The notes below the pieces were generated by a model. That model saw only the letters and a program-made list of their open reading frames with translations, searched no databases and was not told where the DNA came from. A stretch of 64,000 nt of DNA from Polyangiales bacterium (GTDB taxonomy: Bacteria; Myxococcota_A; Polyangia; Polyangiales; Ga0077539). Positions 47,838 to 57,550 of this stretch are shown piece after piece. Both the position numbers and the translations under genes were made by a program. The stretch spans positions 32,001 through 96,000 of the forward strand of contig JBGARZ010000013.1 of the NCBI GenBank assembly GCA_044229975.1. The letters run 5' to 3'. Position 1 is the first letter of the stretch, and every line of letters starts with the position of its first letter.

Positions 47838-49181
47838 GTGAAGCTGTCCGAGCACCTCAGCGGGTTTCGCGCCGCGAAGTCCCAGAGCCGCGCCCTCGAC
47901 CCGGCGCTCCCGCAGCTCGCGCGGTCGCCCGTCGCCAACCTCTGGACCTTCCGTCAAAACGCCCTCGATCTCCTGCGCGCCGCATCCGCGGTGGGCGACA
48001 CCGTGCGCGTCGACCTGCTCTACAAGCCGACGGTGTTCGTTCAGCACCCCGACGCGGTGCGCGAGATCTTCGAGCAGCCCGACGTGTGGAAGCGCGGCGA
48101 GGGCCTCGTGCCGCTCATCGGCCGCAACGTGCTCACCACCAACGGCGACGAGTGGCTCTTCAACCGCCAGATGGTGCAGCCGTCGTTTCACCCGCAGATG
48201 ACCGCGCGGGCGAGCACCGCGTTCGCGCGTGACGCAGCGGGAGCCATCGAGTCGTGGAAGGCCCACGCGCGCTCGGACGCGCCCTTCGACGTGGCCCGGC
48301 ACGCGGTGCGTCTCTTCGCGAAGTGGGCGACGCCGCAGTTCGGGTTTCAGCTCACCGACGACGAGGCCGACCGCTACCCCGACGCGCTCCTGCGCTTGCA
48401 GCGCTGGGGCTTTCGTCAGGTCGCGGGCGGCACCACGTCGTCGGCCCAGGCCACCGAAGACCTCGCGCTCCTCGACGGCATCATCACCCGCGCGCTCGCC
48501 ACCCCCGCCACGCCGGGCGAGCCGCCGACCTACCTCGAACGCTTCCGCCAGGACCACGACATCGACCGCGCCCGCGTCCGCGACAGCCTGATGCTCGCGC
48601 TCATCGCGTCGGCCGACAATCCGCCCAACGTGTTCGCGTACACGACGTGGCTGCTCGCGCGAAACCCCGCCCAGCAGGACGCAGCGCGCGCCGAGATCGC
48701 CTCTGTCCTCGGTAGCGAAGCGCCCACCGTCGACGCCCTCGACCGCCTGCCGCTGCTCGAACGCGTCGTGCAGGAGTCCATGCGCGTCCTGCCTGCCGTG
48801 TGGTTTCTCGCGCGCATCGCGCAGACCAACACGGTGCTCCGCGGCTACCGCATCCCCGAAGGAACCATGGCCTTCCCCTCCCCCTACTTCGTGCACCGCC
48901 ACGCCTCGACGTGGGACGCGCCGGAGGTGTTCCGCCCCGACCGCTTCCTCCCCGCCGAGGTCGAGAAGCGATCGCGCTACGCCTATCTCCCCTTTGGCTC
49001 AGGGCCCCGCATGTGCGTCGGCGCGCGGCTCTCGACGCTGGAGATCCGCATGCTGCTGGTGCTCTTCCTCCAGCGCTTTCGCGCGCTGCCGGTGAGCGAC
49101 GAGCCGCTGCCCCTCGAAGGCTTCTTCGCGCTGCGCTCTCGCCATGGCGTCCCCGTCCGACTCGCCACGGTAGACGCCTGA
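47838..49181 (+). CDS. Cytochrome P450 with atypical I-helix
   Basis: ESMR (ExxR), FRPDRF and PFGSGPRMCVG heme motif. I-helix reads IASADNPPN. Confidence 0.93.
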   Translation: MKLSEHLSGFRAAKSQSRALDPALPQLARSPVANLWTFRQNALDLLRAASAVGDTVRVDLLYKPTVFVQHPDAVREIFEQPDVWKRGEGLVPLIGRNVLTTNGDEWLFNRQMVQPSFHPQMTARASTAFARDAAGAIESWKAHARSDAPFDVARHAVRLFAKWATPQFGFQLTDDEADRYPDALLRLQRWGFRQVAGGTTSSAQATEDLALLDGIITRALATPATPGEPPTYLERFRQDHDIDRARVRDSLMLALIASADNPPNVFAYTTWLLARNPAQQDAARAEIASVLGSEAPTVDALDRLPLLERVVQESMRVLPAVWFLARIAQTNTVLRGYRIPEGTMAFPSPYFVHRHASTWDAPEVFRPDRFLPAEVEKRSRYAYLPFGSGPRMCVGARLSTLEIRMLLVLFLQRFRALPVSDEPLPLEGFFALRSRHGVPVRLATVDA

Positions 49182-51178
49182 TGGACCCGGTCGCCTACGC
49201 CCTGATGCGCTCGGGGTTGTTCTCGTCGCTCGCCCCCGAAGCCTTCGGCGCGCTGCTGCGCGACGTCGAGCGTGTCGAGGTCGCTGGCGGTGACATCGTG
49301 GTGCGCGCGGGCGAGTCGGCCGACGCCTTCTACGTCATCGTCTCCGGCGCGGTGCACGTCTTCATCCACGCCGCCGACGGCGCCGAGGTCGCCCTCGCCG
49401 AGCTTCGCCCCGGCGACCACTTCGGCGAGCAGGCCCTTCTCGCCGGTCGGGTTCGCAACGCGAGCGTGCGCGGCCTCGCACCCCACTCGCTGCTCGCGCG
49501 CGTGGGCGTCGACCAGCTCGACGCGCTCTGCGCCAACGCGCCCGGGTTGCGCCACGAGCTCGAAGCCCTCGGCCAGCGGCAGGTGCAGGAGCAGCTCTCC
49601 CGCGGCACCGACCTCGTGCGCAGCCTCCTCGCGACGCTCGAAGCGCGCGCCGAGACGCTCGACCGCGAAAACGGCGACGTGCTCTTCCGACAGGGCGACC
49701 CCACCGGCGCGGCGTACGTGGTGCTCGCGGGGGCGGTGGAGGTCTTCGAGGAGCGCGAGGGCGCGTCGGTGCGCGTCGCGTCGGCGGGCCCGGGCGTGTG
49801 CGTCGGCGAGCGCGACGAGGTGACCCGGCGCCTGACGGCCGTGGTCGATGGGACGACGCGGTTGCTGAAGGTTCCGCGCGACGCGCTGGCGCTGGCGGCG
49901 GGTTCGGGCAAGGCGCGCGACCACCTCGCGACGCTCCAGAAGGTGTGGGAACTCCCCCAACGCGGCTTCGTCACCCACTACCTGGGCTCGGTCGACGGCG
50001 CGGCCTGTCTCACGCAGCTCTTCCACCTCGCCGACGGGCGGTCGTTCGTGTCGTCGCACGTGATCGGCTCCGAGGCGGTGCGGCTGCAGGCGTCCGCGGG
50101 CACGACGGCGCGCGTGCTCACCACGCCCGACGAGGCGATTCGCGTAGAGGTCGAGTCCGACGGGCGCATCGTCCGCATCGACGCGCAGGCCAGCCGCCCA
50201 TTGCTTGCGGCGGCCTTCGCGCGGGCCATCGAGGGGCGCCCGCTGTTGCCTGCCGAGGAGGCCACGCTGACGCGCACCGGGGCGCTCGCCGCGGACGACG
50301 AGGGCATCGCGTGCGCGTGCATGCGGGTGACGCGAGCGAGGGTGCGGCTGGCCCTCGCGGAGGGCGTCGCCGACCTCGAAGCGCTCAGTCAGCGAACCGG
50401 CTGCGGGATGTCCTGCGGGTCGTGCATCCCGGGGCTGCTGGAGCTGCTCGGCAAGGCGAGCTTCCTGCCCGTCGTCGTCGCACGAAGGGTGGTGCTTGCA
50501 CCGGGCGTGGTGCGGGTCTTCCTGTCGGGTCGAAGCGGCGAGGCGCTGCCCGTGTCGCGACCCGGTCAGCACGTGGTGCTGCGCGCGACGATCAACGGCC
50601 AGGTGGTCGACCGCCCGTACACGCTGTCGGGCGCGCCGGGTGCGCCGTGGGAGGTGACGGTGAAGCGCGAGCCCACCGGGCGCTTCTCGGTGTGGCTGTG
50701 CGACGTGGCCCAGCCCGGCACCGCCCTCGAAGCCTCCGCCCCGCGCGGAACCTACGTCTGGGACGAAGGCCCCGCCCCGGTCGTCTGTTTGACGAGCGGC
50801 ATCGGCGTGACACCCGCGCTCTGCTTCGCGCGCACCGTGATCCGCCGAGGGTTGCCACACCGCGTGCTGATCGACTGGTCGACGCGCCACGAGGCCGACG
50901 CCGCGGTGCTCGGCGAGCTCTCGGAAGCCGCGTGCGCAAACCTCACCATCCGCCCTCGCTACACGTCGCGCGCCGGGCGCATCACGCGCGCCGACGTGCA
51001 CGCGCTGGCGCGGCGCTTTCCGACGGCGGCGTTCTTCCTGTGCGGATCGGAGGGCTACATGACCGCGGTCTCGGAGGCGCTCGCGGCGGCCGGGGTGCCC
51101 GCAGCGCGCGTTCACGTCGAGCACTTCGACGCGGCGGGTGTGGCCGCTGCCGTGGCCGCGCCCGAGGGGGTCGCTTGA
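49181..51178 (+). CDS. 2x cyclic-nucleotide-binding + BFD-like [2Fe-2S] + FAD/NAD(P)-binding oxidoreductase fusion
   Basis: FYVIVSG...FGEQALL...RNASV; second cNMP domain LFRQGD...VVLAG; CACMRV...CGMSCGSC; PGQHV, RPYTL, GRFS, SGIGVTP, LCGS, HVEHF. TGATG overlap with the P450. Confidence 0.88.
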   Translation: MDPVAYALMRSGLFSSLAPEAFGALLRDVERVEVAGGDIVVRAGESADAFYVIVSGAVHVFIHAADGAEVALAELRPGDHFGEQALLAGRVRNASVRGLAPHSLLARVGVDQLDALCANAPGLRHELEALGQRQVQEQLSRGTDLVRSLLATLEARAETLDRENGDVLFRQGDPTGAAYVVLAGAVEVFEEREGASVRVASAGPGVCVGERDEVTRRLTAVVDGTTRLLKVPRDALALAAGSGKARDHLATLQKVWELPQRGFVTHYLGSVDGAACLTQLFHLADGRSFVSSHVIGSEAVRLQASAGTTARVLTTPDEAIRVEVESDGRIVRIDAQASRPLLAAAFARAIEGRPLLPAEEATLTRTGALAADDEGIACACMRVTRARVRLALAEGVADLEALSQRTGCGMSCGSCIPGLLELLGKASFLPVVVARRVVLAPGVVRVFLSGRSGEALPVSRPGQHVVLRATINGQVVDRPYTLSGAPGAPWEVTVKREPTGRFSVWLCDVAQPGTALEASAPRGTYVWDEGPAPVVCLTSGIGVTPALCFARTVIRRGLPHRVLIDWSTRHEADAAVLGELSEAACANLTIRPRYTSRAGRITRADVHALARRFPTAAFFLCGSEGYMTAVSEALAAAGVPAARVHVEHFDAAGVAAAVAAPEGVA

Positions 51179-51897
51179 TTCCGTCATCGCCGCGTCCGCT
51201 CGTGGTGGCGCATCGCGGCGGGCGGTACGCCGACATCGCGGGGGAGCAGACGCTCGCTCACATGGAGCGGGCGATCGCGCTGGGCGCGGACTTCGTCGAG
51301 GTGGACGTGCGGGCGACGTCCGACGACGAGCTCGTGTGCGTGCACGACCCGACGATCGCGGGCGTGACCGTGAGCGCGGTGCCGTACGCCGAGCTGGCAA
51401 GGGCGTGCGAGGCTGCGGGGGTCGTGACGCCGCCGCGGCTCGGTGAGCTGTTGACGTTGTGTCGTGGGCGGGTGCGCGTCGACGTGGAGCTGAAGGTCGC
51501 GGGCACGGAGGCGGGCGTGCTCGCCGTGGCGAAGCGCGCGGGGCCGCTCGATGGGGTGGTGTTCAAGTGCTTTCAGGACGCCGTGGTGCGCGAGCTGAAG
51601 CGGCTCGAACCGTCGTGCGTGGCGGGGCTGCTGCTGGGCGTGCAGCGACCGAAGCGCGGCGCGTGGACGCGGTTGGGTGAGATCTTCCCCGAGTGGCGGC
51701 TGCGGGCGTGCCGCGCGGACTTCGTGTGCCCCAACCATCGGCTGCTACGGGCTGGCTTCGCCTGGCGGATGCGCTTGCAGGGCTATCCCGTGCTGGTGTG
51801 GACGGTGAACGATCGGGCGCAGCTCACGGCACTGGGCGCGGTGGTCGACGGGCTCATCACCGACGAGGTCGAGGTGTGCCTGGCGGGTCGGCGTTGA
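51175..51897 (+). CDS. Glycerophosphodiester phosphodiesterase
   Basis: VAHRGG, VEVDVR, HD, VELK, VWTVND and GLITD. The TTG start overlaps the upstream TGA. Confidence 0.85.
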   Translation: MIPSSPRPLVVAHRGGRYADIAGEQTLAHMERAIALGADFVEVDVRATSDDELVCVHDPTIAGVTVSAVPYAELARACEAAGVVTPPRLGELLTLCRGRVRVDVELKVAGTEAGVLAVAKRAGPLDGVVFKCFQDAVVRELKRLEPSCVAGLLLGVQRPKRGAWTRLGEIFPEWRLRACRADFVCPNHRLLRAGFAWRMRLQGYPVLVWTVNDRAQLTALGAVVDGLITDEVEVCLAGRR

Positions 51898-53122
51898 GCT
51901 TCTCCTCGTAGCCGACCGCGGCCGCTTCGTCGCCCATCGCACGCGCCGCCTTCGACGCCGCCCGCAGCAGCGTGCGCCGCTCGCCGTAGCGGAAGATCCC
52001 CTCCTCGGCCGTGCTGCGCGCCTCGGCGTAGCGCTTCGCCCAGCGCAGGTAGCGCGAGGCCCGCGCGTAGGTGGCGCCGCGGCATCCGGGCTGATCGAAG
52101 GCCACCCGCAGCACGTGCGCCGCGAGCGCGCCGGCGCGTCGCAGCGAGCGGTCGAACGCGGGCGTATCGCGGGTGATCGTCTGCGCCATCATCACCGCCA
52201 GCGGAACCGCCGACCGCCGCTCATCGGGAGCGAGCGCCTCGATGAGCACGCGCACCCGCTCGGGCAGTGACGGGTACGCCCGAGCGAGCCACGCGTGGTC
52301 GACGTCGTACCCGGCGAGGTAGAGGAGCTGCGTGAGCGGGGCGAGGCGTTCGAGGCGGGTGGCGCGGTCGACGGTGGTTCCGACGAAGCCCGCGACGAGC
52401 TCGCCGAGGCGCAGCACCTCCTGCTCTTCGTAGGTGAGCCGCGAGACGTACTCCTTCGGTCGTCCGTCGCGGCACGCGGCGTCGAGCGTGGCGATGGCGC
52501 GCGCCGTGGCGTCAGCCGACGTGGCGCGCTTCTTCGCGGGCGCGACGAGCAGCGGGGCGCAGTGGCGCTTGATCCACGCGAGGTACTCGCGGCCGCCACG
52601 GTCGGTGGTGGAGCGCGCGAGGCGCTCGGCCATGGTGTCGGCGAAGTTGGCGGTGCTCCACTGGTGCCACGCGTCGTCGTCGGGCGTGCCCGAGGGGCCC
52701 CAGAAGAGCGCGACCGGCGCGATGTCGTGAACACCCATGACCCAACGTTCGAGCGCATCGGCGAAGTCTGCGGCGGCTTCGTCGAGGCGCTCGGTGGCGG
52801 CCTGGAAGGCGCGCTGCCACCCGGCGGGGTCGCGCGTCGGGTCGGCGGCCCGCAGCGCCGAGCGCTCGGGCTCCGGGGTGTGGTCGAAGAGCACGGCGAA
52901 GCCATAGGAGTCGCCGCGGCTGCCCAGGCAGACAAACTCGCGACCCCAGTATTGGACGTCATCGAGCGGCGACGGGAGGCCGGCGACGATGCGCGCCCGA
53001 TCGTCCGCGGCGACGGGATCGCGAAACCACACGAACACCGCCTCGGACTTGCCCAGCGACTCCACGTCGGGCGCGCCGTGGTTGACGAAGAGGAAGGGGT
53101 GCGATGCCGACGCGGAGCTCAT
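51857..53122 (-). CDS. Hypothetical protein with C-terminal TPR-like helices
   Basis: Open frame with typical codon usage and a helical repeat-like C-terminus. Confidence 0.6.
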   Translation of the reverse strand: MSSASASHPFLFVNHGAPDVESLGKSEAVFVWFRDPVAADDRARIVAGLPSPLDDVQYWGREFVCLGSRGDSYGFAVLFDHTPEPERSALRAADPTRDPAGWQRAFQAATERLDEAAADFADALERWVMGVHDIAPVALFWGPSGTPDDDAWHQWSTANFADTMAERLARSTTDRGGREYLAWIKRHCAPLLVAPAKKRATSADATARAIATLDAACRDGRPKEYVSRLTYEEQEVLRLGELVAGFVGTTVDRATRLERLAPLTQLLYLAGYDVDHAWLARAYPSLPERVRVLIEALAPDERRSAVPLAVMMAQTITRDTPAFDRSLRRAGALAAHVLRVAFDQPGCRGATYARASRYLRWAKRYAEARSTAEEGIFRYGERRTLLRAASKAARAMGDEAAAVGYEEKLNADPPGTPRPRR

Positions 53123-53272
53123 GGAGGCGATCGTGCGACGCGTGCGAGGGCGAAGTCCATCGGGCTCGCACCCACCAGGCGGGCCTTGACGGATGGGTGC
53201 TCGCGGGAGCCTTGTGGGTGCTCGACCGCGGGCGATCGGGTTCGAGGGCGAAGTGGAAGGGACACTGCGAGC

Positions 53273-54019
53273 GTGCGGAATCCATCGAGGACCTTCGGGG
53301 GACTTGTCGTCGCGGTGGCGAGCGCAGCGGCTTGTGGTGCCGACCCGGCGCCGGCGCCGGTACCAGAGGCGGCGCTGTCGACGGCGCTGCGGCCGCGACA
53401 GACGCCCGCCTACTATGTCGCGCAGGCCAACCTGTACTTCGACACGCTCGACATGCGGGCTGATCCGGCGATCGTTCCCAACTACTCGACGCGGGTCGCG
53501 CGATGGGAGTGGCCGCCCTGGTACCTGCTCACCGGGTACGAGCGCATGCAGATGATCACCGGCACGCGCCTCGCGCTCAGCGTCGAGCCGTCGACGGTGC
53601 CCACGCGCGACTGTCGTGCGTTTGCGGTGCAGCCCTTCGCGCGCTGTCGCGTGTCGTTCTCGTACGAGCGGGGGCTGTGCCCGATCTTCGAGGAGTTCAC
53701 CTTCAACGATCAGGGGGAGATGACCTTCATCGAGGCGTGGTCCGATCAGCCCGGGATGCGACCGACGGAAGACCCGGCTGACCCGTGGGCCGAGGCGCCG
53801 ACGGTGCATCGACTGTCGACGCGCGTGCCCGGGTTGGGCAGCGCCAACGGGCTCATCGTTCCGACGGCGGCGTGGATGGAAGCCGCGGCGGCGCGCGATC
53901 CGGAGCTCGCCGACTTCGTGCGACGGACGAGGGACTTCTATCGGTCGTGGGCGCAGGCGTACGGAGCTGCCGGGCCGACGGCGTTCCCGCGCGGGTGCGG
54001 GTGGACGGTGACACCGTGA
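53273..54019 (+). CDS. Hypothetical lipoprotein
   Basis: Lipobox AAAC; conserved-looking RWEWPPW...GY and PIFEEFTFNDQGEMTFIEAWSD. Confidence 0.7.
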   Translation: MRNPSRTFGGLVVAVASAAACGADPAPAPVPEAALSTALRPRQTPAYYVAQANLYFDTLDMRADPAIVPNYSTRVARWEWPPWYLLTGYERMQMITGTRLALSVEPSTVPTRDCRAFAVQPFARCRVSFSYERGLCPIFEEFTFNDQGEMTFIEAWSDQPGMRPTEDPADPWAEAPTVHRLSTRVPGLGSANGLIVPTAAWMEAAAARDPELADFVRRTRDFYRSWAQAYGAAGPTAFPRGCGWTVTP

Positions 54020-54071
54020 GGGGCCCACCCTCGGCGCGGCGACCGCGACGACGATTCTGCACCACCCCCCG

Positions 54072-54338
54072 TCAGCCCGCTCCCGCCGCGGGCTCGACCT
54101 GCGGAGCAGCGACCGTGAGCATGTGCACGAGCACCCCGACGATGCGCTCGACGTCGCGGGAGTAGTACTCCGCCGTGTCGATCTCCACGGTGTCTCCGGT
54201 CAGCCGCAGGAAGCGCCAGTCGCTGCCGCTCGTGACCGCCCCAAAGACGACGGGCGTCCGACGATCTCGACGCTCGTTGAAGATCCGAGCCGCGTACATC
54301 TCGGCGAGCTCGCGCGCGGTGAACTGGTCGTAGGCCAC
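54072..54338 (-). pseudogene. Internally deleted PD-(D/E)XK / HsdR_N-like nuclease-family gene
   Basis: N-terminal AYDQFT is joined directly to C-terminal AEMYAARIFN...FGAVTSGSDWRFLRL...IDTAEY...ERIVGVL. Confidence 0.55.
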
Positions 54339-54363
54339 CGCGGCAGGCTACGGGTCTTTGCGT

Positions 54364-54612
54364 TCAGCGCACAGCGGGCGCAACGGGCGGCGCTGCGACA
54401 GCCCCATCCGGCGCCGCGGGCGCCGCCATCGTCGGCGCGGCGACGTCCTCCGCGACGACGGCTGGCGGCGGTGTCACCGGAGCGGGCGCGACCACCGCCA
54501 CCGGCGCAGGCGGCGGAGCGGGCGCGACGACCTCGGGAGCCACCGCAGGCGCCTCCCGCTTGCAAGCGAGCACGAGGAACAACAGCACGATCGCAGACGC
54601 AGAGATCTTCAT
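54364..54612 (-). CDS. Small Pro/Ala-rich lipoprotein
   Basis: MKISASAIVLLFLVLAC lipobox followed by a PAV-rich tail. Confidence 0.55.
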   Translation of the reverse strand: MKISASAIVLLFLVLACKREAPAVAPEVVAPAPPPAPVAVVAPAPVTPPPAVVAEDVAAPTMAAPAAPDGAVAAPPVAPAVR

Positions 54613-54916
54613 CGGACACCTCTTCGCGGCCCCGGCGGACGTCGGCGTGGCGCGTGGATCACCCACCGCACATCGAGCGCTACAGGGCGGCGGCCGGAGC
54701 CTCGCGCCGCACCCTCGCGTCGACGATCAGAGCCTGTGCCCGTCGCCGCGCAGAAGCTGTCGACCCTGGGCACTCCCGCGCACTGCGTTGTCGCGATCGT
54801 CGCCGTGTTGTCGCCGCGCGCCCCCGATCGACGACAGTTGCACCGCGACTGCATCGGCTTCTACGCGAGCTGTGCCTCATCTCCCCGACGCCCCGCGGAC
54901 GCGGTACGTCTTCGCC

Positions 54917-55564
54917 ATGAGCCAGCCCTACGTCCTCTACGGCAGCCCCTCCACCGCGAGCCTCTGCGTCCACTGGATGCTGCTCGACCTTGGCGTTCCT
55001 TTCGAGCTGCGCATGCTCGACTTCGACCGCGGGCAACAGCGCGACCCCGACTACCTGCGACTCAACCCGCAGGGCCGCGTCCCCACGCTCATCGTCGACG
55101 GCGCACCCGTCTCCGAGTCAGCGGCCATCTTGATGCTGCTCGCCGAGCGCCACCCCGAGTCGGGCTTCGGTGTCGAGCCGGGTGCACCACAACGCGCGGC
55201 CTACCTCCAGACGATGGTGTCGCTCGCCAACAACCTGCTGCCCGCCTATCGCAACTGGTTCTACGCCGATCAGGACGGCGACCCGACCGGCGCCGAAGCC
55301 ATCCGCGAGCGGGCGCGCATCCAGGTCGAGGCCGCGTGGGACCGCCTCGACGACCAGCTCGCCGACGGACGCACCTTCCTGCTGGGCGAGCGCAAGACCG
55401 CCGCCGATCACCTCGCGACGATGCTCGCGCGCTGGTCGCGCAACATGCCCCGACCCGCGACCTCATGGTCCCGCGTCGGGGCCTACGTCGACCGCATGCG
55501 CCGCGACCCGGGCCTGCGCGAGGTGCACCGCCGCGAGGGCCTCACCGACTGGATCGACGGGTAG
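54917..55564 (+). CDS. Glutathione S-transferase
   Basis: YLRLNPQGRVPTL, SESAAI and FLLGERKTAAD. Confidence 0.93.
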   Translation: MSQPYVLYGSPSTASLCVHWMLLDLGVPFELRMLDFDRGQQRDPDYLRLNPQGRVPTLIVDGAPVSESAAILMLLAERHPESGFGVEPGAPQRAAYLQTMVSLANNLLPAYRNWFYADQDGDPTGAEAIRERARIQVEAAWDRLDDQLADGRTFLLGERKTAADHLATMLARWSRNMPRPATSWSRVGAYVDRMRRDPGLREVHRREGLTDWIDG

Positions 55565-55585
55565 GACCCTCTCGGCGCCTCGTGA

Positions 55586-57550
55586 TCAGTGCGCGAGCCC
55601 CATGTCCGCGTGTGACGTCGCCGCCGGGGCCGCCGACACGGGCATCTCCGCCGCCCGGAACCCCGGCCGCCGCACCCTCACCCGGTAGTTGCCGCGGTCG
55701 ATGTTGCTGAAGCGGTACGCCCCCGACTCGGTGCTCTGCGTGCGCTGCACCACGCGCCCCGCGTGGTCGACCAGCTCGACCTCCGCGTTGGCCGCGCCGC
55801 CCGCGCCCTCCGCGTTGAGCTGCCCCTGCACCTGCGCGTAGTTGGCCTGCTGCGCTTCTGGGGTGTCGTGCACGAAGGGCAGCTCCACGCTCTGGAGCGC
55901 CCGCCCCGAACCATCGACGAAGGCCACCGTCGCCACGTACCTCCCCGCAGGCGCGGGGTCGCCTTGCGTGGGGCGGCCGTTCCAGGTGACGCGCACGGGA
56001 CCCTGCGCCGACGCCTCGTCGTGCTGCCAGATGGCCCGCCCCTCCGGCGTCCGCACCGTCACCCGCACCGTCCCCGCCACCTCGCGCGGCGCCACGTTGC
56101 GCAGCGAGAACACCGTGTTGCCCTCTGTCCACCGTGTCCCCGGCGTCACGAGGTAGTACTGCCCGGTGTAAAGCTCCACCCGTCGGCGCGCCTGCTGGCC
56201 GCGATCGTTGGTCGCCACCACGTCGATGGTGTGCACGCCCGCCGGGAGCCCCGCGAGGTCGACGGTCTGCGCGAGCGCCGCCCCGCACGCCCGGCCCACC
56301 GGGTTGTCGTCGAGGAGCATCTCCACCTGCCTCACTCCGGCGCCGTTGTTGTCCACCGCGCGCGCCCGCACCGTGGGGTTGCCGCTGACGTGCTCGCCGT
56401 CTCGCAACCCGTCCAGCGCGAGCGACATGACGTCGACGCTCACCAGCCCAAAGACCGCCCACATCGCCTCGGCCTTCCCTGCCCCACCGTGCGACCAGCC
56501 GCCGTCTTCCTGCTGGTGCGTGACCAGCCAGCGCGTCCCGCGCGCCACGGTCGCGTCGTCGTCGCTCGCGCCGAGCGAGCGCAGCGCGTGCAGCGTCTGA
56601 CCCGTCGCGAAGGCGTTGGTGTCGCCCGTGCGCTGGTAGCTCCAGCCGCCATCCTCCGCCTGCCGCTCGCGCAGCCGTGAGGCCAGCGCCACGAGGGTCG
56701 CCTCGCTCGGTTGGGCGCCCGCTTCGAGGAGACCCATGACGGCGTAGTTGAGGTCGACGGTCCCCGCGTCGGGGAGGTCGGTGAGTCGGCGGGCCTGCGC
56801 CTGGAGCCACGCCTCGGCCTCGCGCGTCGGGCCGAGCCAGCGCTCGTCGGCGCTGCGCGAGTACGCCTGGTGCCACGTCTGGAGCGCCTGCGTCGTGGCC
56901 TGCAACGGGCCCTGCACCACCGGGAAGCGGGTGTCGTCGTTGCGAACCGATCCGTCGGGGTTCTGGTAGGCGACGAGCTGCTGGGCGACGGCGAGGAGGT
57001 CGTCTCGCAGGGCGCCGTCCTCGGTGCGGTCGTAGCGCGCGAAGGCCGCGCCGCCGAAGGCCCGCGACGTAGCGGGCATCCCGCTGCCACCAACACTGAG
57101 GCCGCCCGTGTTGCGGTGGCCGCCGCGGATCTCCGTGAGACCGCGCAGCACCTCGCGAAACTCGGGCTCGCTGACGTCGTAGCGGTGCTCGCGCCCGACC
57201 GTGAGCGCCTCGAAGGTGACGGCCTGAACGTGGCAGCCGTAGCAGTTGTGCTGCGTCTGCCACGCCACCGCCTCGCGCGACACGAAGCCGAGGCCGCGTT
57301 GGGCCGCGCGGCGTGCGTCGGGGTCGCCGTGGGCCGCGTTGGGCGAGGCGACGCGGGCGTTGCGGGAGGGCTCGCAGGTGGGCAGGTCGACGTGCACGAC
57401 GGCGCGGTGCCCAGGGGCTGCGACGTCACGCGCGGGCTCGACGGCAGCGCGTCGCGAGGCGATGCCCCCGGCGGTGGCGCACCCGGCGAGGAGCGCGATG
57501 ACGACGAGGTTGCCCGGGTGGCGGGCGCGAGCGCGGTTGGACGAGTTCAT
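55586..57550 (-). CDS. Prenyltransferase/squalene-cyclase-repeat lipoprotein with CxxCH, Ig-like, FlgD-like and carboxypeptidase-regulatory-like domains
   Basis: LAGC lipobox; CYGCH; QNPDGS, QAEDGGW and QQEDGGW QW motifs; VTWNGR...PAGRY; GAYRFSNIDRGNYRV. Confidence 0.8.
   Translation of the reverse strand: MNSSNRARARHPGNLVVIALLAGCATAGGIASRRAAVEPARDVAAPGHRAVVHVDLPTCEPSRNARVASPNAAHGDPDARRAAQRGLGFVSREAVAWQTQHNCYGCHVQAVTFEALTVGREHRYDVSEPEFREVLRGLTEIRGGHRNTGGLSVGGSGMPATSRAFGGAAFARYDRTEDGALRDDLLAVAQQLVAYQNPDGSVRNDDTRFPVVQGPLQATTQALQTWHQAYSRSADERWLGPTREAEAWLQAQARRLTDLPDAGTVDLNYAVMGLLEAGAQPSEATLVALASRLRERQAEDGGWSYQRTGDTNAFATGQTLHALRSLGASDDDATVARGTRWLVTHQQEDGGWSHGGAGKAEAMWAVFGLVSVDVMSLALDGLRDGEHVSGNPTVRARAVDNNGAGVRQVEMLLDDNPVGRACGAALAQTVDLAGLPAGVHTIDVVATNDRGQQARRRVELYTGQYYLVTPGTRWTEGNTVFSLRNVAPREVAGTVRVTVRTPEGRAIWQHDEASAQGPVRVTWNGRPTQGDPAPAGRYVATVAFVDGSGRALQSVELPFVHDTPEAQQANYAQVQGQLNAEGAGGAANAEVELVDHAGRVVQRTQSTESGAYRFSNIDRGNYRVRVRRPGFRAAEMPVSAAPAATSHADMGLAH

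Noticed and set aside
49181..51178. Nitric oxide synthase or CRP-type regulator call
   Set aside because: There is no NOS oxygenase domain and no HTH. The protein ends after the NAD-binding domain.
55586..57550. Squalene-hopene cyclase call
   Set aside because: It has a single barrel, a lipoprotein signal and no catalytic DxDDTA.
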